A stretch of DNA of 64,000 nt from positions 832,001 through 896,000 of the forward strand of contig OY763927.2 in assembly GCA_963667665.2 (NCBI GenBank), written 5' to 3'. Source of the DNA: Nitrosopumilus sp. (GTDB lineage Archaea; Thermoproteota; Nitrososphaeria; Nitrososphaerales; Nitrosopumilaceae). The translations under genes and the position numbers were made by a program. Below, piece after piece: positions 42,318-52,649 of this stretch; the first letter of the stretch is position 1; each line of letters begins with the position of its first letter. The notes under the pieces are model-generated. The model was not told the DNA's origin, did not search any database, and saw only the letters and a list, made by a program, of their open reading frames with translations.

Positions 42318-42592
42318 TGGAAACCAGTATTCAGTGCCATAAAGCGTACCTCTAGATAATTCACCATCATTAGCATTCTCTTCTAAGCTAGTTACCCAAT
42401 TTTTGTAGGATTTGTATTCTTTGTAATTTTTTTCCTTAGATATTGTAAGATTTGCTGTTTTTTACACGTGCATAATACGGTTTTATATCTATTAAAGTTC
42501 GATGATGAGCGAACTTAATTATATTAAAGTTTAAACTTTTTTTAGATCTAAGAAACGTTAGTAATAAATCACCCAGTTTTATTGTACATGAT

Positions 42593-42880
42593 ATGGGTGA
42601 ATTAGAACACAAATTCGAAGTAGAAATTAAAGAAAGAGAAGGAATACACAAACTCCCAGAAAAGGTCAAAGACGAGATGAAATCAGGAGGAATGATGGAT
42701 GAGAAAGGAAAATTAAAACTAAAAGGTGTTAGCCCAAAAATGCTCAAAAGAATGAAACAGGAATTTGTAGAGTGCCCAGTTTTGAAAGAAGATACCCACT
42801 TCATTCAATGTTTTGTGTGTCCAAACTTCCAAAGCAGAGTCATGGGCAAAGTACTTTGTAAAGGGGATCCTCTAAAATAA
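42593..42880 (+). CDS. Hypothetical protein with C-terminal Cys motif
   Basis: ECPV...QCFVCPNF..RV.G.V.CKG. Confidence 0.75.
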   Translation: MGELEHKFEVEIKEREGIHKLPEKVKDEMKSGGMMDEKGKLKLKGVSPKMLKRMKQEFVECPVLKEDTHFIQCFVCPNFQSRVMGKVLCKGDPLK

Positions 42881-43211
42881 TCTAAAATATGGTTCTGTGA
42901 AGTTATCGGGTGCTGGGATTTCAGGCATTTAATTCCTAAATACAAAAAAAAGCGTCATGGATCTGGTGATGTTGGCATGGTTAATGTGATATTGGTCTGT
43001 TCTATTGAATCAAGGAATTGTTCGTACCACTTCGGGTCTTGTATGTAGTTGAATGGATTTTTTCACCTCCATGACGCCTTTTTCTAAAGAAAAATGGGAT
43101 TATGTGTCGTCGTTGAACTGAATGATGTATGCGTATCGCTAATGTCATCACCTCCCCGCAACTCATGCGTGGAATCGATCCGACTGTTCTGTGAAGTTAT
43201 CGATGGACCAA

Positions 43212-44342
43212 TCAGACTGAATTTCCCTTATGAAGTGAGGCGTTCTGAATGATGGTTTTCCATTTGTTTTTGCCGTCAACTTCTATGAGAGAGGCTTGAG
43301 CAAGCGTTCTGCCCTGCAATGCTGAATGTTTCTTGGTATAGTTGTAATACGCTTTCATGCCGTCAATCAACGGAGTATCGAACTTCTTTAAACCTCTAAA
43401 GACTTTCTCACGGTCTCTGATTTCGCCATTCAGGCGTTCCATCTTGTTATTGTTATCACGGTCTCTTTTGCCTGCAATGTGAATGTACCTGATATGGTTT
43501 GTTTTCTTGCCAAATACCTTTTTGGATGATTTCATGCAAGCTGGCAGTCCGTCAGTTACAAAGTGTGCTGGGTTCTTACCGATCTTCTCTTTGGTCAGCT
43601 CCAACAGCTTGTCTGCATTGTGCTGAAACTTTGTGTGTGCCATGTCACTAGCCAACCAATATCTTGTATCATCATCCATGCTTGCGAAAAGATAGACCTG
43701 TTTGCCTTTGATCTTTATCCATATCTCATCTGCACGCACCATTGTCCTGCCATTCGTTCTTGGGATGATCTCGTTGAGGTAATCAGATGTCATTTTGGAG
43801 TATTTTGCCACCCAGTTGTAGATTGTTCTGTAAGAGACTGTAATGTCTTCTTGCTCAAAACAATCCGCAATATCTCTTACTGACATTCCAGCATAGTACA
43901 TCTGAAGAGATCTTGTGATAATGACATCATCTGATCTCATTTTCTCAAATCCAAAATTAGCTGTAAACCTCTTTTTGCAGTCAAGGCAGGCATACCTTTG
44001 CACGTTGCCTTTTGCCGTCTGTCTTGTTCCGTTCTTCTTTAGTCTGCCTGAATCGCAGTATTTGCATAGTTTCAACTGTGATCTTTCCATGATTCGAAAT
44101 GTGTTGTTCTTTCTGCACTTGTTATTCTTCACTATCTCTAGTACAATTTTGATGTGCTTGCAGTCTGCCTTTCGAAACCTGTGATCAGGACATTCGCAAA
44201 CTAAACCGTTTGCCGTCTCTCTTACTGCATACCTCTTTTCAGGGTTTGTCTGTGATCTGACTGAAAATGTATTTGCATCAATCTGTGAGCAGTGACCCTG
44301 TGTTTCCATAATCTGTTTTGCTTTTTGAGTTCTTGTGTTCAT
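43212..44342 (-). CDS. IS6-family DDE transposase with N-terminal SWIM and zinc-ribbon domains
   Basis: CECPD...CKH (SWIM), CKYC...CLDC, HTH (SYRTIYNWV), ADE.W.K...MDD, VTDG and NNKMERLNG. Confidence 0.88.
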   Translation of the reverse strand: MNTRTQKAKQIMETQGHCSQIDANTFSVRSQTNPEKRYAVRETANGLVCECPDHRFRKADCKHIKIVLEIVKNNKCRKNNTFRIMERSQLKLCKYCDSGRLKKNGTRQTAKGNVQRYACLDCKKRFTANFGFEKMRSDDVIITRSLQMYYAGMSVRDIADCFEQEDITVSYRTIYNWVAKYSKMTSDYLNEIIPRTNGRTMVRADEIWIKIKGKQVYLFASMDDDTRYWLASDMAHTKFQHNADKLLELTKEKIGKNPAHFVTDGLPACMKSSKKVFGKKTNHIRYIHIAGKRDRDNNNKMERLNGEIRDREKVFRGLKKFDTPLIDGMKAYYNYTKKHSALQGRTLAQASLIEVDGKNKWKTIIQNASLHKGNSV

Positions 44343-44431
44343 ACCATACTGTACTTTTTAACTACATATATACTATACGTTTTGACTATATGTAGGAAAC
44401 AGTTATATGATAACCAAATTCATGTTTGCAT

Positions 44432-44575
44432 ATGAGCATGAAAGTAGATGGTGCATATTGGCGACACGAGTGCAATAGATGCAATGAGATTTGGTACAGT
44501 AGGAACGAATCACCAAAGAACTGCAACAACAAAAAGTGTAATTCCCCATACTGGAACAAGGAAAGGGTACGTTAG
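44432..44575 (+). CDS. Small zinc-ribbon protein (47 aa), divergent from the transposase
   Basis: MSMKVDGAYWRHECNRCNEIW...PKNCNNKKCNSPYWNKERVR. Confidence 0.65.
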   Translation: MSMKVDGAYWRHECNRCNEIWYSRNESPKNCNNKKCNSPYWNKERVR

Positions 44576-44578
44576 TTC

Positions 44579-46085
44579 ATGTCCCCTGACAAAATAATCG
44601 GGGGAGGAGCTTGCAAAAAATACCCTCTACTTTGGCGATAACCTAGACATTTTACAAAAACACATCATAGATGAATCTGTTGATCTTATCTATCTTGATT
44701 CTCCATTCAACTCAAAAGCTGCTTACAATATACTATTCAAAACACCTGACAATATTGAATCTCCTGCACAGATAACAGCTTTTGAGGATTCATGGCATTG
44801 GACTAGTGAATCAGAGCTGGCTTATGGGCAGTTATTGAATACAAGTACAACTGTCTCATCAGTGATCAGAGGTATGAGAGAAGCTATAGGTGAAAATGAT
44901 ATGATGGCGTATCTTGTCATGATGACAATCAGATTAATTGAACTGTACAGGGTTCTAAAAAATACCGGAAGTCTATATTTACACTGTGACCCTACTGCAA
45001 GTCATTATCTGAAGATAATTCTGGATGCAATCTTTCAGCCACAGAATTTTAGAAGAGAGATAATTTGGGATATTGCGGTTTTGTCAGGTTATAAAACACA
45101 GGCCAAGAACTGGATCAGGGGGCACGACACACTATTTTATTATGTAAAATCAAGTGATTTCACTTTTAATAAGCAAACTCAGCCACACAGACAAGAATAT
45201 CTTGCTCGTTTTAACAAAACTGACGAGAATGGTAAAAAATATTTTGACGGTAGAGAAAAGCGCAGATACCTCGATGATGTGGTAAAAAAAGGCAAGGCAA
45301 TAGGCGATGTCTGGTCTGATATTATGTCATTTCAACAGACGCCGACTTCAAAAGAAAGGATGGGTTATCCAACACAAAAACCACTAAGCTTACTTGAAAG
45401 AGTAATTAACTCCAGTTCAAATCAGGGTGATGTGGTATTAGATCCGTTTTGCGGATGCGGTACGGCAGTTCATGCATCTCAAAAGCTAAACCGCAGATAG
45501 ATAGGGATAGACATAACACATCTGGCTATAGGTCTTATTGAAAAGAGAATGAAGGATGCATTTGGAGTCAGCGTAGAAGTGAGGGGGACCCCCAACTCTT
45601 TTGAATCTGCAAAAGATTTGGCAAGACGCAACAAATTCCAGTTTGAGGCATGGGCAGTTACGCTAATTCCAAACGTGCTGCCAAATAGAAGACAGACAGG
45701 AGATAAAGGAATCGACGGGAGGGGATACATACAGTTGGGAACCAACAAAGATGGAAAGCGAATTGATGTCAAAATCATAGTATCTGTAAAAGGCGGAGAT
45801 AGCCTAAATCCAGGAATGGTCAGAGATTTGATTGGAACCATGGACAGTGAAAAGGCAGAACTGGGAGTCTTTGTCTGTCTGAGAGAACCTACAAGAAAGA
45901 TGAAAGAGGCAGCAGCAACAGCAGGAATATTTGAAACCCCTTTTGGGGAACAGTATCCGAAATTACAGATTTACACCATATCGGATTATTTCAAGAGAAT
46001 CAAGCCAAACCTGCCGTCACTGGCAGATTTTATCAGAGCTCCACGGTCAGAAACGGAGCCAAAAGGAAAACAGATCACGTTGTAG
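44579..46085 (+). pseudogene. N4/N6 DNA methyltransferase fused to a restriction-endonuclease-like C-terminal domain; disrupted
   Basis: NTLYFGDNL, motif IV reads DSPF (normally DPPF), YPTQKP, DPFCGCGT; frameshift near the G-run at ~44600; TAG at 45498 in NRR*IGID; C-terminal GDKGIDG...SVKGG. Confidence 0.85.
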
Positions 46086-46135
46086 GATGTTTGATGACAT
46101 TATGGCCATGCCTCAAAACTCAGCTCTAGATAACT

Positions 46136-46777
46136 TCACATAACCCCATTTTGTAATTTTTCAGAATCTACAAATTTGGCAACGCCTATTGAAGAGTATT
46201 GATCAGCACGTAATGTACCTTCTAAACCCGATTGTATAGCAAAACCCGCATCATTAAACAAATTGAAATTAGCTATCGGGAATGAAGAATACTCATGTAA
46301 GTATAATAACCAATTATCCTGTTGAGTTCCTCGCTTTATTTCAAAATTTAACGTATCACCAACATCAAAATCATGTAAAATAGTATATTCACTATATTGA
46401 TTAGTCATTATAGTGTCGTCATAGTAATTATAAGCATAGTATACTTTCTCATCTGCAATACAAGCATCACCAATACCATCCCTATCTACATCATTAAATT
46501 CACCTTGTGTAACTCCAAACTCAATCCATTCGTTATCAGATAAAATAATCCATTGCGTAGCTACTGCAACATTAGTAAGACAATCATCAGATTTGATAAA
46601 CATATCAGGTACATGAAGTTGATATTTTATACCTTGAAAAGATGGAGGAGTTATTGATTCACTTGTTTGAGCATAACAATGAGGTGAAATACATAAAGAC
46701 GCATCTGCATATTGCATCCCTACAAACCCAATACTAACTACAAAGATTAATGAAAAAACAAAAAAGAGGTTATTCAG
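46136..46777 (-). pseudogene. Secreted protein (neprosin-like motif), C-terminally cut by the IS right IR
   Basis: Signal peptide from a probable CTG at 46777; C..PHCY and EWIEFGVTQG; stop codon lies inside the IR. Confidence 0.6.
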
Positions 46778-47618
46778 GATAGATTACGCCTCGAATTGAA
46801 TTAATTATTTTTAGTCCATCAACATGATCTAAAGAATTAGAAGTAATCTGGATAGTATAATCAGAAAATACAGCATCCATAGCAAAACCCAAAATATTAT
46901 TATCAGGAGTTTTAATGCTAAACAAACCGTTTGTCTGATTAACTATGACCCAACCATCTGCTTTCAAATGTAACAAATCTTCATAACTATCAACTTGTTC
47001 AATATTCCAAGTCGGATGGACATTATAGATAATTCCTCCAGCTTCTATAACATCATTTTCAACTGTAGTGTTATCATACACAAATAACACAGGTACAAAA
47101 TGCATGGTCAACCCATGTTTAGTATCATTGCCAAATGTGTCCCATCCATGTAAAGAATATCCAAGCTTGTATCCTTTAGGAATATATTCTGGTATCCAGT
47201 CAGTTACAATAAATTCATCAGAAGTTGATTGTCTAGTTGATTGCTTTGCTACTTGTTTTGCAGTTTGTAGATCATCTAGTGTATTTGTCATTATTTCATG
47301 AGGATTTACAAAGTTTTGTTGTAAGACAGGTGTTTCAAATGGTCTTCGTAGTGGCTTGATTGTTTCTTCATGTTGAATTTGTAATGGGTTTACTATAGTA
47401 AATCCGAGTTTCTTTTCTAATTTCTCAACTGAATTCTCATTTACACAAGCTGGAGTTCCTCTACTAGTCTCCATTAGAATTTTTGAATCTCTGCACTGTA
47501 TCTGCTCTAGTGGTATTCCTTCGTTGAATTGTTTGTATGGCGTATCTATTTCTGCAAACGCAGGTATTGTGAATAATCCGATTGCCAGGAATAACCCTAA
47601 CATTGTTTTACCAATCAT
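46770..47618 (-). CDS. Secreted hypothetical protein (paralog of 48130..49068)
   Basis: Signal peptide; P..Q...G.....IQC...G.PACV motif; DWIPEYIPKGYKL. Confidence 0.75.
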   Translation of the reverse strand: MIGKTMLGLFLAIGLFTIPAFAEIDTPYKQFNEGIPLEQIQCRDSKILMETSRGTPACVNENSVEKLEKKLGFTIVNPLQIQHEETIKPLRRPFETPVLQQNFVNPHEIMTNTLDDLQTAKQVAKQSTRQSTSDEFIVTDWIPEYIPKGYKLGYSLHGWDTFGNDTKHGLTMHFVPVLFVYDNTTVENDVIEAGGIIYNVHPTWNIEQVDSYEDLLHLKADGWVIVNQTNGLFSIKTPDNNILGFAMDAVFSDYTIQITSNSLDHVDGLKIINSIRGVIYPE

Positions 47619-47779
47619 TAGAGTTTACAAAAAATGTATAATTATTAAGTATGGATCAGAATATTGATTTTTTGCGATCAGAATTAGTTGTTTAATTTTA
47701 TTAAAATATGTGTAAAAATGAAGTTTTACTACATATTCATAATTAAAGAATATGTGTTGTATAGAGTATTGCATACGTT

Positions 47780-48133
47780 CTAAGGAATATTAATCCCTCC
47801 TACTACATTATTTACTGCATAATATGTGCTAAGTAGAGTTACACAACCAACATTTTCGACAAAACCTTTTGTTACACCACTTTCTACCCATTCTCCAGAA
47901 GTAGGATCGGTCAACCATCCAGTAGAAACTGCAATATTTTCACAAGCTGCTTGGTCTATAAACAAATCAGGTGAATCTAAATTATATTCAACTCCATCTA
48001 TAGGAATAAATCGATTTGACTGAACCAAAGAATAACAGTGAGGATTATCACATCACAATATAGCAAATGCTTCTTGATTTACGGCTACAAAACTTAGAGC
48101 AAAAATTACAGAAAATAAAATTAAGTATTTCAT
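47780..48133 (-). pseudogene. Paralog of 46136..46777 with a nonsense codon and 3' truncation
   Basis: MKYLILFS...AFAIL*CDNPHCY...PDLFID..AC..AV.T.W...EWVESGVTKG. Confidence 0.65.
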
Positions 48134-49068
48134 TTCATTATACTCTCAAAAATTGGGAGTAATTCATCAAGTGTGTGATAATTTGAAGTTACATGCATTG
48201 AAGTAAATTTATCAGGATTGAAGGAAAAACCTGCACTGTAATGATTCAATAGATTTCCTCCTTCATAGGCCATTACAGTTTTCCCATCACGAGTCATTTC
48301 TGTAAATCCACCGTAATTACCAGGTTGTGATTCTCTATGTTCTTTCAAAAGTTCTATGTTATCTTCTGTTTCATCTGCGCCAGATGACCAATATTCAACA
48401 CCAATCGTAAATCCTTTAGAAACTTGGAGATCATAATTAGTTGTATTTGCATGTAAAACAAATGAAGTTGGTACAAAAGTAATACCTAAAACATAATTAC
48501 TTGTTTTTTCATAGTAGGTAGTTGAAGTGTATAATAATTTCTGGCCGTCTGGGATATATGTAGGCATCCAGTCTTCAGGATAATATCCTACTCCTTCATT
48601 AAGAGAATATTTTTCATGAGAAATAGCTGCAAAACGTGCAACGCCATCACTACTTACTGCAAAGTCATCAGCAGTTGTTTTTCCCATAATTTTATCATAC
48701 ATTGGCACTGGTGCTGGTGCTTTTTGTAACATAGATCTCTGTATCTCTCTTCCGTCATCTACAAAAGGTACAGGTGATGCCATGTTTAGTTGAACTAGAG
48801 GTGCTGAACTTTGAGTATCTTCTTTTTCATCTAAAATTTCAACTACTGTTTTAATTTCTTCCCAACCTAATGCATCAGCAGTTCTCTCATACACACATGC
48901 AAGATTTCCATGGGTGCGAAGCACAAGCACATGATTTGGATTATCACATTGTAGCTGGTTAATTTCTAATCCCTGCTCTAGTTGGACTCGTAAAGGCTCT
49001 GAGAATCCCAAGGGAATAGTACCTAGAACCATTACCAAAGCAAGTGAAACTCCTAGTAGTTTTTTCAT
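48130..49068 (-). CDS. Secreted hypothetical protein (paralog of 46770..47618)
   Basis: Signal peptide; PLRVQLEQG...LQC...GNLACV; DWMPTYIPDGQKL. Confidence 0.75.
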   Translation of the reverse strand: MKKLLGVSLALVMVLGTIPLGFSEPLRVQLEQGLEINQLQCDNPNHVLVLRTHGNLACVYERTADALGWEEIKTVVEILDEKEDTQSSAPLVQLNMASPVPFVDDGREIQRSMLQKAPAPVPMYDKIMGKTTADDFAVSSDGVARFAAISHEKYSLNEGVGYYPEDWMPTYIPDGQKLLYTSTTYYEKTSNYVLGITFVPTSFVLHANTTNYDLQVSKGFTIGVEYWSSGADETEDNIELLKEHRESQPGNYGGFTEMTRDGKTVMAYEGGNLLNHYSAGFSFNPDKFTSMHVTSNYHTLDELLPIFESIMK

Positions 49069-49222
49069 AGTCACATCTATTATCAAATTTGATAATACGT
49101 ATAGCCATTACTGATGATTACGATATTCGTATTTGTATAATATTGAGAGATTATTTTTGTTGAGATTCAAATCTATAGAGGCATGAACTATTATTGGAAA
49201 AAAAGATGGTATTAAACTAGAA

Positions 49223-50170
49223 TTGATAACAACATCTCTACCATTCTCAAATTCAAAAACAATTCATAGTGAAAGAATTTTTTCAACAGATAATGCAATA
49301 AAGAAAAACTTGTCATTACAATCAGAACAATTTGCATTTACACTAGATAAGTTATCAGCTGAAGACATTGTTTTTTCAAAAACTCAAATAAATGAATCTC
49401 TAAAAGGAAACTATATTTTTTCAATTGACGTGTATTCAGTAAATTCAGATGTACTTATTCCTGAATCAAAACTAATCATTGGAGGTAAAGCTTTTGGAAT
49501 AATGGGAACTGATGAATTAAGACGTGATTTAGCGATAGGATTGTTGTGGGGTACGCCACTTGCATTGTTTATTGGCATTGTTGTTGCAATTGCATCAGTC
49601 GTTATGGGATTACTCTACGGAGTATATGCAGGATTCAAGGGCAAAAAAACAGATGAGACAATGATGAGATTTAATGATGTAATCTATGCATTGCCAGTAC
49701 TTCCATTTCTCATCATACTTTCAGTGACAATTAGTAATAGCATATTTGTGATGGTTGGATTTTTGATGATGTTTGGGTGGGTAGGAATTGCAAAAGTATC
49801 AAGAAGTATGTCACTTCAAATCAAGACTCGAGGCTATGTTGAAGCTGCAAACATGATGGGGCAAAAAGACTCCAAAATAATTCTCAAGCACATCGTACCA
49901 CAATTACTGCCTTATGCATTTGCAAGTATTGCAATATCAGTTCCTGCTGCAATCACTACAGAAGCTGGTCTTAGTTTTTTGGGATTAGGTGATCCATCGT
50001 TTCCAACATGGGGGCAAATACTACATGATGCAAATACATTTGGTGCAGCAGCAAGAGGATTATGGTGGTGGATAATGCCCCCAGGAGTAATGATTGCCAT
50101 TACTGGTCTTGCATTTGTCTTTATTGGTAATGCACTTGATGTAATAGTGAATCCAAAGTTAAAACGATAA
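49223..50170 (+). CDS. Peptide ABC transporter permease (DppC/OppC type), probably 5'-truncated
   Basis: GTDELRRD, YVEAA..MG...II.KHI.P and EAGLSFLGLG...TWG motifs; starts mid-domain without an N-terminal TM. Confidence 0.8.
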   Translation: MITTSLPFSNSKTIHSERIFSTDNAIKKNLSLQSEQFAFTLDKLSAEDIVFSKTQINESLKGNYIFSIDVYSVNSDVLIPESKLIIGGKAFGIMGTDELRRDLAIGLLWGTPLALFIGIVVAIASVVMGLLYGVYAGFKGKKTDETMMRFNDVIYALPVLPFLIILSVTISNSIFVMVGFLMMFGWVGIAKVSRSMSLQIKTRGYVEAANMMGQKDSKIILKHIVPQLLPYAFASIAISVPAAITTEAGLSFLGLGDPSFPTWGQILHDANTFGAAARGLWWWIMPPGVMIAITGLAFVFIGNALDVIVNPKLKR

Positions 50171-50175
50171 TAAAA

Positions 50176-50493
50176 TTAGAGGTCAAATTTTCGAATTAAT
50201 TCAATAGCACCATCATTCAATTTTATTGAATAGCAGAATGAATTTTCATCATTGAATGCTGCCAACTTGTTAGCAAATACTTTTTTGCTGTGACCGCCAT
50301 ATGATGCTGTGTCTGATTCATCAAAGCAAATAGTCATTTGTTTCATTTTAAGATTATTTTTTAGAAGAAAAGCAATGAACTTTTTGTAATTTTCAGTAAC
50401 AAACCAGTCTATATTTTTTTCTTGACTTGCTCCAATCCATATCTCAATAGAGTTTTGGTATAGAACCTTTTTTCTTAATTCTTCTAATGCCAT
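50176..50493 (-). CDS. Hypothetical protein
   Basis: Start MALEELRKK at 50493. Confidence 0.65.
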   Translation of the reverse strand: MALEELRKKVLYQNSIEIWIGASQEKNIDWFVTENYKKFIAFLLKNNLKMKQMTICFDESDTASYGGHSKKVFANKLAAFNDENSFCYSIKLNDGAIELIRKFDL

Positions 50494-50506
50494 CTTTCTT
50501 TCACAA

Positions 50507-50830
50507 TTAAAAATCAGCACGTTGCATCTTTGATCCACATCGTGGACAAGTACCGCCTTTGTGTTTGTTGTTACAAACTAGACAAACATATTTTACTTTA
50601 CCAGAACCGTCTTGTGAACCCATTCCAAAGAACCCACCACCTCTTGTTTCAGAATCACCGCCATAACCACGCATACGATTCATGTATCGTCTTCTTAGAA
50701 ATAATGGAAATGCAATAAAAATTCCTAGTGCAGCTGCTAAACCATATGGAAATGGAAGAACCATTTGTAATCCAATACTAATAACTAGTGAAGCAGCTAA
50801 GAAAACCAAATAAGACTTGTAATTAAACAA
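50507..50830 (-). CDS. Membrane protein with C-terminal zinc ribbon
   Basis: Two TMs, Gly-rich linker, CLVC...CPRCGS. Confidence 0.75.
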   Translation of the reverse strand: MFNYKSYLVFLAASLVISIGLQMVLPFPYGLAAALGIFIAFPLFLRRRYMNRMRGYGGDSETRGGGFFGMGSQDGSGKVKYVCLVCNNKHKGGTCPRCGSKMQRADF

Positions 50831-51084
50831 TTCATTAAAAGTATCTTAAAAAAGGTTATAAAGCTTTGTCAGTATTTTTTGGATTTTTCATGAAGCATTT
50901 TACAAATTTTGTATAATTGAAAGAGGGATAGAATTTCCACTACTATCCCATGCAAAAATTGAATCATCATCATATGGAATTCTTTTTTGTACATTTTTGT
51001 TACTTTATCTGATGTGAATTTACCGCCAGTTGAGAATCCTCCTAGTTTGGAACAGTGTAATGTCACTAGTAGTGTTGTTGTTTC

Positions 51085-51263
51085 GGGGTCTGTAAATGCC
51101 TCTACGACACTATGACCTAAAAGTTGTTTGGCGTATGGTTCTGTAGCTTCTAATCTTTGTTGTCTACGCCAGGTTTGTCAAACATGGGCTAAGAAAATTT
51201 TGGCCACCTTTCTCATCGCTCTGTTGTGAAGATGACCGTCATTAAAGTACGTCTTTCCTCTAA
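51085..51263 (-). pseudogene. C-terminal remnant of a Nop-domain IS110/Tas-like protein
   Basis: GKTYFNDGHLHNRAMRKVAKIFLAHV*QTWRRQQRLEATEPYAKQLLGH; internal stop at 51178-51180; 5' end replaced by a CRISPR repeat. Confidence 0.65.
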
Positions 51264-51367
51264 GTTTCAATCTTTATTGTAATAGAAATCTATTCAGAGC
51301 AGGAAAAAGAACCCTTCAAGGCTATCGTACAACTGTTTCAATCTTTATTGTAATAGAAATCTCAGAG
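51264..51367 (-). CRISPR. CRISPR mini-array: 2 repeats (second with a 3-bp deletion) and one 35-bp spacer
   Basis: GTTTCAATCTTTATTGTAATAGAAATCTATTCAGAG at 51264-51299 and a degenerate copy at 51335-51367; minus strand ends in ATTGAAAC. Confidence 0.85.
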
Positions 51368-51413
51368 TTTGATCGCTAGATTTTTAATCAACGTGATTCT
51401 AGAAATATTAATA

Positions 51414-52273
51414 ATGGAAAAACATCAAAAATACAAATTGCTAGTATTTTCACAGTATGTGCTATACTGATTGGAGGTATTGGGGATATACAAGCCGAAG
51501 AACAAAAACCAGATATTAAAAAGGTAATAAAAGAAATTTCAAAAGAGTTACGAGAATACGTCAAAGATGAATCTCCACTAAAAGAGGATGAATCTACAAA
51601 AATACAAGAGATAAAATCTGAATATTCAGATAAACTTGATACTGTATTTGAGTTAGTTTTATCAAATTCAAATATTGATTATTCTGTTGGAACAGATCTA
51701 GAAAAAGACACTTTGAAAAAACTCTTGATTCAAGAAGAACTCAAATGGCAAAAAATAGATTTCTATGATAGTAAATTAGAATCTAAACTAAACACACAGT
51801 CATTTGATTGGTTATTACCTTCTGCATATGCATCACACAATAGTTGTGCATCACAACAAGAGGTACAATACTTCAAACAGGTAACTGTAGATATTACTGG
51901 CCAGAGTGGTTTTGAGGGTGGAAATCAACTATTCAATGTAGCTAGAACTTTGTTATCTGATTGTTCTGTAAAATATACTTTATCTTTTCTAGATGAAGAT
52001 CATCCTATACCTTGGATTGACTCTTGGTATGATGATGTCAGAATGGATGTATATGGAAGAATTACAGATATAGAGACATTTTATGTTGATGATGATCAAA
52101 TTGAATTTATAGGTGTGTGGAGTGACGAACAAACATTTTATAAATTAATACCTCTTCATTATACTTCTGAGATGTCTTTCCAAAACACTGTCTATGTAAG
52201 TAACACCTGGAGTCATATGATGAGTACAGAAGATACAAATCCTTCAATGTGGAAGACTACGCATGTCTTTTAA
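51414..52273 (+). CDS. Secreted protein A (paralog of 53647..54524); 1-bp frameshift right after the start codon
   Basis: Frame open from 51416 with a signal peptide (KIQIASIFTVCAILIGG..IQA); ATG at 51414 is out of frame; DEDHP..D..YD..R..YGRI.D.ETF...NTW.H. Confidence 0.7.
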
Positions 52274-52339
52274 CATTTCTTTTTTTTTAGAATAATTAAT
52301 GCAATAGTAATTCTTGTATTTGCAGTATTTTTAGGATTT

Positions 52340-52552
52340 TTGGGATTAATCGGTGGTGAGTTGTTTTTCTTTTCTCAGAAATTGTTTGGTTATTGGTTAG
52401 TTGGTTATCTATGTGTCATGATTTGTACAGCCACAATACTATCTCTTACACAATTGTACAATATCAAGCAAAGTGACAAGTTTAGCATTATTTGGCATGT
52501 ATTATTTTTTGGAATTTGGATTATAGGAAATAAAATATATGTGCCAGCATAA
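52340..52552 (+). CDS. Small membrane protein, partner of protein A; true start probably further upstream
   Basis: Hydrophobic; C-terminus W.V.F..WII.N.I..PA shared with 52799..53095. Confidence 0.55.
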   Translation: MGLIGGELFFFSQKLFGYWLVGYLCVMICTATILSLTQLYNIKQSDKFSIIWHVLFFGIWIIGNKIYVPA

Positions 52553-52649
52553 CCCTAATTAACTTACAGACGATTGAATGATCCTAATAAAAATATAAAA
52601 GTCTGAAATAATAATAGACGGTAACTAATTATCTGATCGTAACTGATAA

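Larger units (their letters stand above)
42891..46145. mobile_element. IS6-family-like transposon with cargo genes
   Basis: IRL GGTTCTGTGAAGTTATC (42891-42907), internal IRL copy (43186-43202) and IRR GATAACTTCACATAACC (46129-46145, 16/17 match); DDE transposase inside; no target-site duplication seen. Confidence 0.8.
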
